Notes: generated by a model not told the origin, from the sequence alone. Positions 51,263 through 60,583 are shown, counted from the stretch's first letter. The stretch is 64,000 nt of DNA from an uncultured Alphaproteobacteria bacterium (GCA_902518705.1 CABYHW010000001.1:114270-178269), one strand, 5' to 3'. Numbers and translations are program-made.

Positions 51263-52597
51263 ATGAGTCTTTTTAAAAATATAAGAATTGAGCTACTTGT
51301 TCTTTTAATAATATCTTTAAATGTTTTCATATCATTCAATTTAGATCTAGGGCTGTATAATTATTTTAAAGATTTTAATAAAAGTCTTAATAGTGTTTAT
51401 TTAAAAGAATTTTTTGTAGACATAACAAGGCTCGGGAGCTCGTCTTGGTATTTTGCTATTTCTGTTATTGGATTTGGTGTTGTTTATTTGAACAACAGAT
51501 TAGAATTTATAAAAATTGAAAAACAAAAAAATATAAGTAATTTTTTTGTATCGTCTTTTTTTTATATTTTGGTTGTTGGAGTTGTAACTCAGGTTCTGAA
51601 GCATATTGTTGGTAGACCAAGACCCAATCACACAAATTTTGAGGACTCTTTTGGTTTTAATTTTTTTACTTTCGACTCAAATTTTCATTCCTTTCCTTCA
51701 GGCCATTCATCAACTATATTTATAATTTGTTTTATTCTTGTAGCCACTTTTCCAAAACTAAAATATTTTTTTTATCTTTTAGCGTCTGTTATTGCTTTGA
51801 GTAGAGTTGTAGTTGGTGCTCACTTTTTTACTGACATTGTTGCCGGTGCTGTATTAGCACTTATATCTTTCAAAATTATAAACACAATCTTAGAAAAGAA
51901 ATATGCCCAATATAAATTTTCAAATTTGTTGCCTGAAGAAAATTCAGAGATTTATAATTATGTATTATTTTTGGTAATTAGTTGTGTGTTTATTACTTCA
52001 GGTCCATCCATAGATTTGTATATTTCAGGTTTGTTTTATTATGGATCACAACAGTTTGCTTTACAAAGTTTTGATTTAACCTCAATATTGTTTCGAGATA
52101 TTTTATTACCATTAATACTTATTTATATTTTAATTTTACCAATAGTTGGGCGTTTCACTAAAATTGATAAAATTTTTTTTAATTATAAATTTTCTATAAA
52201 GGAAATAGTTTTGTTGTGGGGTTCTCAAATTATTGGGGTGTTAATTTTTGTAAACCTGATACTTAAAAATTTATGGGGGAGGGCTAGACCAAATGATATT
52301 TTACAATTAGGTGGAAAAGAAACTTTTTCGCCGTGGTTTGAAATAAGCAACGCTTGCGAAACAAATTGCTCTTTTGTTTCAGGCGATGCTTCTGTTGGGT
52401 TTTCAATTATAATTCTATATTTAATTACAAAAAAAATAATTTTTCTCTATGCAAGTGCTTTTGCTGGTTTAGTACTAGGTTTAATTAGAATAATGGCTGG
52501 TGGTCATTTCTTAAGTGACATTTTTTTTGCTGGTTTTTTAATTGTAATTTTAAATATAGTTTTATTTGAATTGTATAAAAAATATTATGCTAAATAA
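51263..52597 (+). CDS. Membrane protein with two tandem PAP2 (acid phosphatase type 2) domains
   Basis: Domain 1 has KHIVGRPRP / PSGHSS / SRVVVGAHFFTD (complete KX6RP-PSGH-SRX5HX3D). Domain 2 has KNLWGRARP / VSGDAS / IRIMAGGHFLSD, with the motif-2 His replaced by Asp. Confidence 0.75.
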   Translation: MSLFKNIRIELLVLLIISLNVFISFNLDLGLYNYFKDFNKSLNSVYLKEFFVDITRLGSSSWYFAISVIGFGVVYLNNRLEFIKIEKQKNISNFFVSSFFYILVVGVVTQVLKHIVGRPRPNHTNFEDSFGFNFFTFDSNFHSFPSGHSSTIFIICFILVATFPKLKYFFYLLASVIALSRVVVGAHFFTDIVAGAVLALISFKIINTILEKKYAQYKFSNLLPEENSEIYNYVLFLVISCVFITSGPSIDLYISGLFYYGSQQFALQSFDLTSILFRDILLPLILIYILILPIVGRFTKIDKIFFNYKFSIKEIVLLWGSQIIGVLIFVNLILKNLWGRARPNDILQLGGKETFSPWFEISNACETNCSFVSGDASVGFSIIILYLITKKIIFLYASAFAGLVLGLIRIMAGGHFLSDIFFAGFLIVILNIVLFELYKKYYAK

Positions 52598-53972
52598 AAT
52601 TCTATTGCCATCATTTGTTGTTTTACTTTTATTGAAAATAAGTGCCTTAAATTTTACTACTTTTAATTTGTTTGGTGATGAAGCACAGTATTGGGTATGG
52701 TCAAAAAATCTTGACTTTGGTTATTTTTCAAAGCCTCCTTTTTTGTCTTGGATAATAAGAGTTTATACGGAAATATTAGGTAGTAGTTTTTTTTCATTAA
52801 AACTTCTCCCATCGTTTGTCTATTTATTGATTGCCTGGAGTATTTATAATCTTTTACTCAACTCTGGACTAAATAAAAAAGATTCATTTGCGGGTTGTTT
52901 AATTTTTTTATTTATACCCGCTGTTTCTTTTTCATCTTTTATAATTAGTACTGATCTTTTTTTATTATTATTTTGGACACTTTCACTTAATGAATTAATT
53001 AAGATCAATGGTGAACATAGTTTAAAAAATTTTATATTATTGGGTATTTTTCTGGGGTTAGGTTTTTTATCAAAATACGCAGCTATATATTTTGTGATTT
53101 GTTTATTTGTTTTAATTTTATTAGATAAAAGATTTAGAAAAATTTTTTTGGATAATTTATTTGGTTTTTGTCTTACTTTTTTATGTGTATTTGTAATTAT
53201 CGTACCAAATATTATTTGGAACTTTAATAATGACTGGATAACACTTCAGCATACTTCGGATAATGCAAATTTTGGAAATATTGAAATAGATCTTATTAGA
53301 GGTTTAGAATTTTTGTTAATTCAGGTTTTAATGTTAGGCCCGTTTATGGTTTTGGGTGGGATATTTGGATTTAATAAATGGAACTATATTCAAAAAATTT
53401 TTCTAATATTTTCTATGCCTATAATTTTAATTGTTTTAGTAGAAGCTATTATTGTAAGAGCTAATGCAAATTGGGCTGCTCCAGCTTTAATTTCTTTATT
53501 TGCTCTTTTATATATTAGAATTAATAATTCTTTTTTAAAGATAGCTAATTATATGTTTAATTTTATTGTCTGTTTAATTCTTTTTGTAATGATTGGAATG
53601 AGCTATCCGTCTAAAATTTTTGAGCGAATAAGCGGTATAAATGATTATGCTCTAAAAATTTACAGTGGTTCTTCAGATGGTGTCATAAAAAATATAGTGG
53701 TTTCTGATCGGCTTTTATTTTCAAGCCTTAATTTTGAATTAAAAGATAAGGATATTAATTTCTATATGCCACATAAAGAAGGAGATGAAATAACAAACCA
53801 CTTTAAAATAGTATCTCCTCTTAATAAAAACATAAATGAAAACTTTACTTTAATTGGGAGCCCCTCAGATATTAATTATTTAGAGAATGAACATAAGGTT
53901 TTAAAAATAAATTCGCCTAATCAGAAATTTACAAGAAGAAAACTTGATGTTTACGAGGTTGTGTTTGAATAA
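52566..53972 (+). CDS. ArnT/PMT-like membrane glycosyltransferase (GT39/GT83 type)
   Basis: N-terminal FGDEAQYWVWSKNLDFGYFSKPPFLSW loop, about 11 predicted TM segments, and a C-terminal soluble domain. The start may be ATG 52587. Confidence 0.7.
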   Translation: MNCIKNIMLNKILLPSFVVLLLLKISALNFTTFNLFGDEAQYWVWSKNLDFGYFSKPPFLSWIIRVYTEILGSSFFSLKLLPSFVYLLIAWSIYNLLLNSGLNKKDSFAGCLIFLFIPAVSFSSFIISTDLFLLLFWTLSLNELIKINGEHSLKNFILLGIFLGLGFLSKYAAIYFVICLFVLILLDKRFRKIFLDNLFGFCLTFLCVFVIIVPNIIWNFNNDWITLQHTSDNANFGNIEIDLIRGLEFLLIQVLMLGPFMVLGGIFGFNKWNYIQKIFLIFSMPIILIVLVEAIIVRANANWAAPALISLFALLYIRINNSFLKIANYMFNFIVCLILFVMIGMSYPSKIFERISGINDYALKIYSGSSDGVIKNIVVSDRLLFSSLNFELKDKDINFYMPHKEGDEITNHFKIVSPLNKNINENFTLIGSPSDINYLENEHKVLKINSPNQKFTRRKLDVYEVVFE

Positions 53973-54618
53973 ATTTCTAATATTTTTTATTATATTTGTA
54001 ATTAATACATCCTATGCAAATAATTTTAGTGCAGAATATAGGGTCAGCACAACAGGGATTAAAATTGGTAATTTTAGTTGGTCATTAAATATTAATGATA
54101 ATATTTATCAAACAGAAATTAATTTGAAAAATTCTGGTATTTTTTCACCTTTATATAAATTTGAAGGAAGCTATCTTTCAACTGGGGTTATTGAAAACAA
54201 CATATTTAAAACTCAGAATTATAAACAGTTTTGGAAAACTAAGAAGAAAACAAAAATAGTTAAAATGTCTTTTGATGATTATTTAATTGAATTAAAACAA
54301 GAGCCTGTAGAAGAAGAAATAGCTAGGGTAGACCTAGAAGACTTATATTTATATTTTGACCCAATCACCTCTTTTATAAATATTTTACATGGAAAAAATG
54401 AGGCAAAAACAATTGATGGGAGAAGAATTTACACACTCAAACAAAACGAAAGTGAGGATGGAAATATAATTTTAGAAATTGAAGACTATGTAAATATTTG
54501 GGCTGACCATAAAAGAAATGATTTAAAAAAAATTGAATTTTTAGTTGAAGATGATTTACTTCCATATGAAATTCTTATTCATTTCAAAAAAAGGGTATTT
54601 AAGTTAGAAAGAATTTAA
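53944..54618 (+). CDS. Secreted DUF3108-like protein
   Basis: Signal peptide ending SYA, then YRVSTTGIKIGNFSW... and ...DPITSFINIL..., resembling DUF3108. Tentative. Confidence 0.45.
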   Translation: MMFTRLCLNKFLIFFIIFVINTSYANNFSAEYRVSTTGIKIGNFSWSLNINDNIYQTEINLKNSGIFSPLYKFEGSYLSTGVIENNIFKTQNYKQFWKTKKKTKIVKMSFDDYLIELKQEPVEEEIARVDLEDLYLYFDPITSFINILHGKNEAKTIDGRRIYTLKQNESEDGNIILEIEDYVNIWADHKRNDLKKIEFLVEDDLLPYEILIHFKKRVFKLERI

Positions 54619-55154
54619 AACTTTTTTTTTCTTAAATAAACAAAAAGAGCTCCGTCACCCCCATGTTCAAAACCCGCATCTTGATATGTTAAGATATATT
54701 TCTTAAGATCGTCTTCGTTTATCCAGTTTATTATTGAGTTTTTGATCTTTCCATAGAAAAGTTTAGGGCTTGTGTCTTGATCATTTTCTATTTTTTTATG
54801 AACACCCTTTCCAGTAATTATAAGCAAACATCTTTTATTCTTGTTATAATTTTTTTTTACTTCAGTTATAAATTTTTCATGTGCTTCGACTAAACCATAT
54901 CCGTGAAGGTCAATTCTTCTATCTATATTAATTTTTCCCCGCTTAAGCTCCTTATTAACTTCACCAAATGATAGTTTAAACTCTGAGCTACTAACCTTGT
55001 GTTCAGTTATTGTTTTTTTACTGGTATTTTTGGTATTAGTTTTTTTATCTAATTTTACATTTTTTTTATTAGTTGTTTTCGTTTTAACTATGGAGGTATC
55101 TTTTTTAAAAGGTTTTACACCCTTCATGTTTTTTAGAAAAAAATCTTCTTCCAT
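54615..55154 (-). CDS. Smr-domain protein
   Basis: C-terminal IDLHGYGLVEAHEKF...LLIITGKG.H matches the Smr (MutS2 C-terminal) domain. Confidence 0.75.
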   Translation of the reverse strand: MEEDFFLKNMKGVKPFKKDTSIVKTKTTNKKNVKLDKKTNTKNTSKKTITEHKVSSSEFKLSFGEVNKELKRGKINIDRRIDLHGYGLVEAHEKFITEVKKNYNKNKRCLLIITGKGVHKKIENDQDTSPKLFYGKIKNSIINWINEDDLKKYILTYQDAGFEHGGDGALFVYLRKKKF

Positions 55155-55582
55155 TATTTTTTTGTATAGTGTTTAATTAAATTCTTTACCCTTTCAGGTG
55201 TTTGGAGATACCACAAACTGTCTAACATCTCTAGTGATGCCATAAATTTTTGTTTTTTATTTAGAAAATAGAGCATTTTTTTAAATTTAGAGACGCCTTT
55301 TGCTCCAAGTTGAAAAATCATTTCTATTAATAATTCTTTCTCTGAAGTTGTGTGATCTTTTATAAAAAATTTTTTTTTGTATTGTTGGTGTGCTTTTTTA
55401 AAGTCTATCTCAAACAATTCTTCAAAATATTTTTTTTTAAATTTTTTAATATAATATTTATTTTCTTTTTCTGTAATAAGATGACCATAACCAATAGTAT
55501 AAAACCCTAATTGATCTTGATAAGGCTTATCAGAATAACCCTCGTTTTTTTTAATTCGGTTTTTGAGTTCTTTAAAGGACAA
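55154..55582 (-). CDS. GH24 (T4-type) lysozyme homologue, no signal peptide
   Basis: NEGYSDKPYQDQLGFYTIGYGHLI: Glu, Asp (+9) and Thr (+15) spaced as T4 lysozyme E11/D20/T26. TTG start. 142 aa. Confidence 0.75.
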   Translation of the reverse strand: MSFKELKNRIKKNEGYSDKPYQDQLGFYTIGYGHLITEKENKYYIKKFKKKYFEELFEIDFKKAHQQYKKKFFIKDHTTSEKELLIEMIFQLGAKGVSKFKKMLYFLNKKQKFMASLEMLDSLWYLQTPERVKNLIKHYTKK

Positions 55583-55585
55583 ATA

Positions 55586-56167
55586 TTAAGTTTGAGTTAA
55601 TATCCATATAGGACTAGAAGAGTTTATTGGTTTTTCAAAAGTCCAGGTGTCTTTATTTTTAACAATAGAACCCTCATCATTATTTAGCATCTGTTCACTA
55701 ATAAAATTGACCGATATTGATATTGTGTCATTTTCTACTTTCGCATCTGCGATACCTTCTACAACGAGTGAATAAAATTGTGATTCTGGATTATTTGTTT
55801 TTTCATCAATTGCTTTTTCAAAAGCAGAGTAAACATCCTTGGACACTAGATTTTTCAGTGTTTTTTTATCTCCATTATTGAAAGATGAAATTATAATCTC
55901 AAATGCTTTCTTAGCACCATCAAGAAATTCTCGGTGATTAAAATTATTTACTTTTTTATATACAACCTCAAGCTTTGTCTCATTATCCATTAAAGAAGGT
56001 ATGCTTTGGACATCCTCTTGTTTTTTGGTTTCTTGAGGTTTTGGCTCTGTTATATTTTTTTGAAACCCTGTTCTTTTTCCAAGAACACTTCTTAATCTAT
56101 AAATAATAAATCCAGCAATAGCTGCAAAAATCAGAATGTCAAAAAATTGTAAGTCGCCGTAAATCAT
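55586..56167 (-). CDS. Tim44-like domain protein
   Basis: N-terminal TM (ILIFAAIAGFIIYRLRSVLGKRTG) plus a C-terminal Tim44/NTF2-like domain. Typical alphaproteobacterial protein. Confidence 0.75.
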   Translation of the reverse strand: MIYGDLQFFDILIFAAIAGFIIYRLRSVLGKRTGFQKNITEPKPQETKKQEDVQSIPSLMDNETKLEVVYKKVNNFNHREFLDGAKKAFEIIISSFNNGDKKTLKNLVSKDVYSAFEKAIDEKTNNPESQFYSLVVEGIADAKVENDTISISVNFISEQMLNNDEGSIVKNKDTWTFEKPINSSSPIWILTQT

Positions 56168-56197
56168 TTAATTTTAATATAATAACTTTTTCAAATA

Positions 56198-56872
56198 TTA
56201 ATAGTTATATTTTTTCCAAAGAGGGTTTTTTAGTTTTTTTAACATTTCTTTGTGAGCAAGATAATCTTCTTTATTAACCTCTATGATTTTGGTTTTTGTT
56301 TCGTTTTTGTTGTTAATTTGTGTATTTTTTTCATCACTGTTTGAGTTTAGCTCCATAGAAAACTGCTTACCACCTCTAAGTTCTAAATAAACTGCAGCTA
56401 AAAGCTGAGAGTCAAGCAAAGCTCCGTGGAATGATCTGTCTGATAAATCAATATTAAACCTTCTACATAAATAGTCGAGGTTGGCTATTCGTGTTTTTAG
56501 AACTTCTCTTGCAAGAGAAACGGTGTCTACTACAGGATTTTCTAATGGAGATAGTCCTAAGATTGATAGCTCATTATTTATAAAACCTAAATCAAATGAT
56601 GCATTGTGAATTATTAATGTATCATTTTTCAAAAAACTCAAAAGCTCCTTGTGATTTTCTTCAAATGGTTTTTGTTGATTGAGAAAATCATCTGAGAGAC
56701 CTACAATATTTTTTGCACCTTCGCTTATACTTCTATCTGGTTTGCAATAAAATTGAAGGGTGTTTCCTGTAGGCACGTAGTTTTTAAGTTCTACACAACC
56801 AACCTCTATTATTCTGTCACCGGTTTTATAATCAAGACCGGTTGTTTCTGTATCAATTACTATTTCTCTCAT
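56198..56872 (-). CDS. dnaQ: DNA polymerase III epsilon subunit (3'-5' exonuclease)
   Basis: Exo motifs REIVIDTETTGLD, LIIHNASFDLGF, HGALLDSQLLA. Confidence 0.9.
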   Translation of the reverse strand: MREIVIDTETTGLDYKTGDRIIEVGCVELKNYVPTGNTLQFYCKPDRSISEGAKNIVGLSDDFLNQQKPFEENHKELLSFLKNDTLIIHNASFDLGFINNELSILGLSPLENPVVDTVSLAREVLKTRIANLDYLCRRFNIDLSDRSFHGALLDSQLLAAVYLELRGGKQFSMELNSNSDEKNTQINNKNETKTKIIEVNKEDYLAHKEMLKKLKNPLWKKYNY

Positions 56873-56880
56873 TGTTTAAA

Positions 56881-57471
56881 TTAAAGTTTATTTATTAACT
56901 TATTAATTTTAGTTTTATAATCCTTTAATGTCGAGTTGTTGTAAATAACATAATCAGATTTCTTTTTTCTTATAACGTCTGAAGTTTGAGATCTAAATAT
57001 ATTTTTAAACTGTGTTTCTGTCATTTTTCTTGTTTTTTTTAGTCTTTTTAATCTTACTTGTTTTGATGCTATTATAGATATTACTTTGTAGAACTTTTTT
57101 TCTAAATTGTTTTCAAACAATAGGGGTATATCAATAAATATTAATCTGGTTTTTTTATCTTTTTCTTGTTTTATAAAATCAGACCTCTTTTTTCTTACTA
57201 TCTTAAATATGTATAACTCAAGTTTTTTTCTTATCTGTTTATTTTCAAAAATAATTTTTGATATAATTTTTTTATTTATATTTTTTTTTGAAATGGACTT
57301 TGACAGACCTATAGTACGTAAATAAGTAACAAATTTTTTATCAGGGTTTTTGTATATTTTTGCCACCTGCTCGTCTGAACTATGAATTTTGAAACCTTTT
57401 TCTTTTAATTCACTACAAAAGGTAGATTTGCCAGATCCTATTCCACCTGTTATTGCTATGGTTTTCGTCAT
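56881..57471 (-). CDS. coaE: Dephospho-CoA kinase
   Basis: IAITGGIGSGKST P-loop, 196 aa, conserved position between aroE and dnaQ. Confidence 0.85.
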   Translation of the reverse strand: MTKTIAITGGIGSGKSTFCSELKEKGFKIHSSDEQVAKIYKNPDKKFVTYLRTIGLSKSISKKNINKKIISKIIFENKQIRKKLELYIFKIVRKKRSDFIKQEKDKKTRLIFIDIPLLFENNLEKKFYKVISIIASKQVRLKRLKKTRKMTETQFKNIFRSQTSDVIRKKKSDYVIYNNSTLKDYKTKINKLINKL

Positions 57472-58253
57472 TAAATTTTTTTATAAATTGTGTTAAGCAA
57501 TTTTTTGTCTACAGATGGGCTTTTACCAAACCAAATTTTAAAACACGGCCTGGCCTGTTCAATCAACATTGATATTCCATAAATCTTTTTATTTTTTGGA
57601 AACTGTTTAAGAAATGAGGTATTTTTTGGGCTATAAACAATGTCGCTTACAATTGTAGATTTTGTAATACGTTTTAGGTTTTTTTTTAATATAGGGTTTA
57701 TTGGTGTGGTATTAATTATTAAAAAAACTCCCTCAAGATGTCTTTCAAGATCACTATATGTTTTTGTATACTCAGTCTTGTTTGAATACTTAATTTTTTT
57801 CTTAGATCTGTTGAAAATTAAAATATCCTTAAACCCCCTTTTCTTTAAAACATAGTGAATGGCGTGTGATGCGCCCCCATATCCTAGAATAATAACTTTT
57901 CTGCTTTTGGTTTTTTTTATATTTGGTAGGGTTTTGTAATATCCTGTCCAATCAGTATTGGTTCCATTTATAATTTTTTTATTTGTTACACAATTTACTG
58001 CACCAATTTTTTTTGCATGGGCGTCTATTTTATTAAGGTGTTTGATAATTTTGTTTTTGAATGGAATAGTTACATTTAAGCCAAGTGTATCTTTTTTTTC
58101 CAAAATTTCTTTTATTTTTTTATGAAAGTTTTTTTCTGTAAGTTCTAAGTATCCATAAGTTGCTTTAATGTTATATTTTTTAAACCAATAGTTAAATATT
58201 GTTGGTGAAAGACTTTTAGATGCACTATTCCCAACTACGTAAAGTTTTTTCAT
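57471..58253 (-). CDS. aroE: Shikimate dehydrogenase
   Basis: SKSLSPTIFNYWFKKYNI, LNVTIPFK, GAVN, ILGYGGASHAI (NADP-binding). Confidence 0.8.
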   Translation of the reverse strand: MKKLYVVGNSASKSLSPTIFNYWFKKYNIKATYGYLELTEKNFHKKIKEILEKKDTLGLNVTIPFKNKIIKHLNKIDAHAKKIGAVNCVTNKKIINGTNTDWTGYYKTLPNIKKTKSRKVIILGYGGASHAIHYVLKKRGFKDILIFNRSKKKIKYSNKTEYTKTYSDLERHLEGVFLIINTTPINPILKKNLKRITKSTIVSDIVYSPKNTSFLKQFPKNKKIYGISMLIEQARPCFKIWFGKSPSVDKKLLNTIYKKI

Positions 58254-58840
58254 TTTTTTGAATATAAATAATCTAGCAAATTAAATAAAGGTAATCCCAT
58301 CACATTAAAATAATCTCCTTTTATGCTCTCAATGATATTAGGCCCCAAACTTTCTATTTGATAACATCCTACAGAGCTTAGTATTTGTTTGCCTGTTTTT
58401 TTTAAGTATGTTTTTATTTCACCATTATTAAGCTTTCTTATTTTAACATGGGTTTTTTCGTAACTTTCCCAAATTTTGGAGCCATTCAAACAAATAGTTA
58501 AGCCCGATACTATTAAGTGTGTCTTTCCTGATAGAGATTTGATTTTCTTTTGGGCTTTCTCAATAGAATTTACTTTATCTAAAATTTTTCCATTATGATA
58601 AATGACTGTATCACAGCCTAAAACAATCTTATTGGCATACAATTTTTGTCTACTTACACTTCTTGCTTTTTCATAAGAAAGTTTTTTTGCAAAAATCTCA
58701 GGCCTTGTTTTTCTGTTGATGGTTTTTTTAATATCTTCTTCGTTGCAGTTTGGAACTTTTTGTTTGAAATTTAATCCTGCATTTTTCAATATTTTATACC
58801 TAGATTTGCTTGAGCTAGCTAATATAAATTGTTGGTGCAT
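58250..58840 (-). CDS. maf: Maf-like nucleoside triphosphate pyrophosphatase
   Basis: FILASSSKSRYKIL..., LGCDTV, GCYQIE. I prefer the Met at 58840 (MHQQFILASSS) to the ORF-track start at 58873. Confidence 0.85.
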   Translation of the reverse strand: MHQQFILASSSKSRYKILKNAGLNFKQKVPNCNEEDIKKTINRKTRPEIFAKKLSYEKARSVSRQKLYANKIVLGCDTVIYHNGKILDKVNSIEKAQKKIKSLSGKTHLIVSGLTICLNGSKIWESYEKTHVKIRKLNNGEIKTYLKKTGKQILSSVGCYQIESLGPNIIESIKGDYFNVMGLPLFNLLDYLYSKK

Positions 58841-59259
58841 AAGTGTGTTAATAAAAGTTATAGTTATAAACACTATTAAATATAATTTGAATTTAAGAAA
58901 TAGTTCTTTTGTTTCAAAAATGTGTTGTTAACAACTTAATAACTTGTCTGAACATTATAAACTGAGTGTTAATATATTTTTTATACAAAATTAATAACAA
59001 GTTATTAAAAATTTATTGCATTACAAATTATTTAAAAATAGTATTCTTTTTTGATTATTCTTTAAATTAACATGTTTGTTTAGGTTTTTACTCATATGTT
59101 GGTAAATAAAGAATGATACAATAATAAAGCAATAATTAAGCCTTTTAACCTTACAACTAATACTACAATTAAATATATATTATATATTATTATTATTTTG
59201 ACATTAACTTCAATTTTGATTATTAAAATAACCCACTTCTAAACTACCTCAACTACATT

Positions 59260-60519
59260 ATGAATTTACAGGAACTAAAAGGAAAAGAACCTCAAGAGCT
59301 TTTGAAACAGGCAGACAAACTTGGTATAGAAAACCCGTCATCTCTTAGAAAACAAGATTTAATGTTTGCAATTTTAAAAACAATTGCTGAGGAAGGTGAG
59401 ATTATTACCGGTTTAGGGGTTATTGAAATTATGCAAGATGGCTTTGGTTTCTTAAGATCATCAGAATCAAACTATCTTCCTGGTCCAGATGATATTTACG
59501 TTTCTCCATCTCAAATTAAAAAATTTAGTATAAGAACTGGAGATAGTGTCGAAGGTGAAATACGATCTCCAAAACAAGGAGAAAGATATTTTGCTATTAC
59601 TAAAATTAATAAAATTAATGGGCAGGAAACAGATTCTGTTAAAAATAGAGTAAATTTTGAGGACTTAACTCCATTGTATCCTGATTCAAGATTTAGATTA
59701 GAACAAGAAAAACCAATGCCTGATTTGACTGAGAGAATTATAGATATTATTGCACCTCTAGGAAAAGGACAAAGACAATTAATTGTTGCACAACCATTCA
59801 CCGGAAAAACGATAATTATGCAAAAAATAGCTAATGCTATCACTGCTAACAGTCCTGATACAAAGCTAATAGTTTTGCTAATTGATGAAAGACCAGAAGA
59901 AGTTACAGATATGCAAAGATCTCTAAAAAAGGGTGAAGTAATCAGCTCCACATTTGATGAGCCCGCATCAAGACATGTTCAGGTTGCTGAAATGGTTATT
60001 GAAAAGGCTAAAAGGCTGGTTGAATATAAAAATGATGTAGTTATTCTTCTTGACTCAATAACTAGACTTGGAAGAGCTTATAATACAGTTGTTCCTTCTA
60101 GTGGAAAGGTATTAACAGGAGGAGTTGATGCAAACGCTCTACAAAGACCTAAAAGGTTTTTTGGTGCTGCAAGAAATGTTGAAAAAGGCGGTTCTCTTAC
60201 AATTATTGCTACTGCTTTAATAGATACAGGTAGTAGAATGGATGAGGTAATATTTGAAGAATTTAAAGGTACAGGTAACAGTGAAATGGTACTAGATAGA
60301 AAACTCAGCCAAAAAAGAACATATCCTGCATTTGATATTGGTAAATCTGGAACAAGAAAAGAAGAATTATTGCTTGATAAAGATGAACTTGGAAAAATCT
60401 TCATTTTAAGGAAAATACTAGCTCCAATGGGAAGCACAGAAGCTATGGAGTTTTTGTTAGATAAAATGAAAAATACAAAAACAAACAACGATTTCTTCCA
60501 AAGCATGGGAACTAAATAA
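59260..60519 (+). CDS. rho: Transcription termination factor Rho
   Basis: [15 protein letters not shown]..., GFGFLR, P-loop, 419 aa. Confidence 0.97.
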   Translation: MNLQELKGKEPQELLKQADKLGIENPSSLRKQDLMFAILKTIAEEGEIITGLGVIEIMQDGFGFLRSSESNYLPGPDDIYVSPSQIKKFSIRTGDSVEGEIRSPKQGERYFAITKINKINGQETDSVKNRVNFEDLTPLYPDSRFRLEQEKPMPDLTERIIDIIAPLGKGQRQLIVAQPFTGKTIIMQKIANAITANSPDTKLIVLLIDERPEEVTDMQRSLKKGEVISSTFDEPASRHVQVAEMVIEKAKRLVEYKNDVVILLDSITRLGRAYNTVVPSSGKVLTGGVDANALQRPKRFFGAARNVEKGGSLTIIATALIDTGSRMDEVIFEEFKGTGNSEMVLDRKLSQKRTYPAFDIGKSGTRKEELLLDKDELGKIFILRKILAPMGSTEAMEFLLDKMKNTKTNNDFFQSMGTK

Positions 60520-60583
60520 ATATAAATTTTTTTTATAATCTTTCTTATTTACTTAATATCATCTTGGGTTTAATTCCCAAAAA

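Noticed and set aside
58964-58972. GAGTGTTAA, one mismatch from the right half of the CIRCE operator (GAGTGCTAA).
   Set aside because: The position where the left half should lie (58946..58954, GTCTGAACA) does not resemble TTAGCACTC, so this is a chance half-site.
59136-59149. TTAA...TTAAC pairs as CtrA binding sites (TTAAGCCTTTTAAC here, and TTAAATTAAC at 59062..59071).
   Set aside because: The spacers are 5 and 1 nt rather than the required 7. No TTAA-N7-TTAAC was found in the gap.
59511-60506. Two long minus-strand ORFs (146 and 142 aa) inside rho. Similar ones occur inside hslU (49979..50467), dnaK, katG, mnmG and pyc.
   Set aside because: All are antisense or alternate-frame shadows of strongly conserved genes, with no independent start context or motifs. 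I treat them as spurious.
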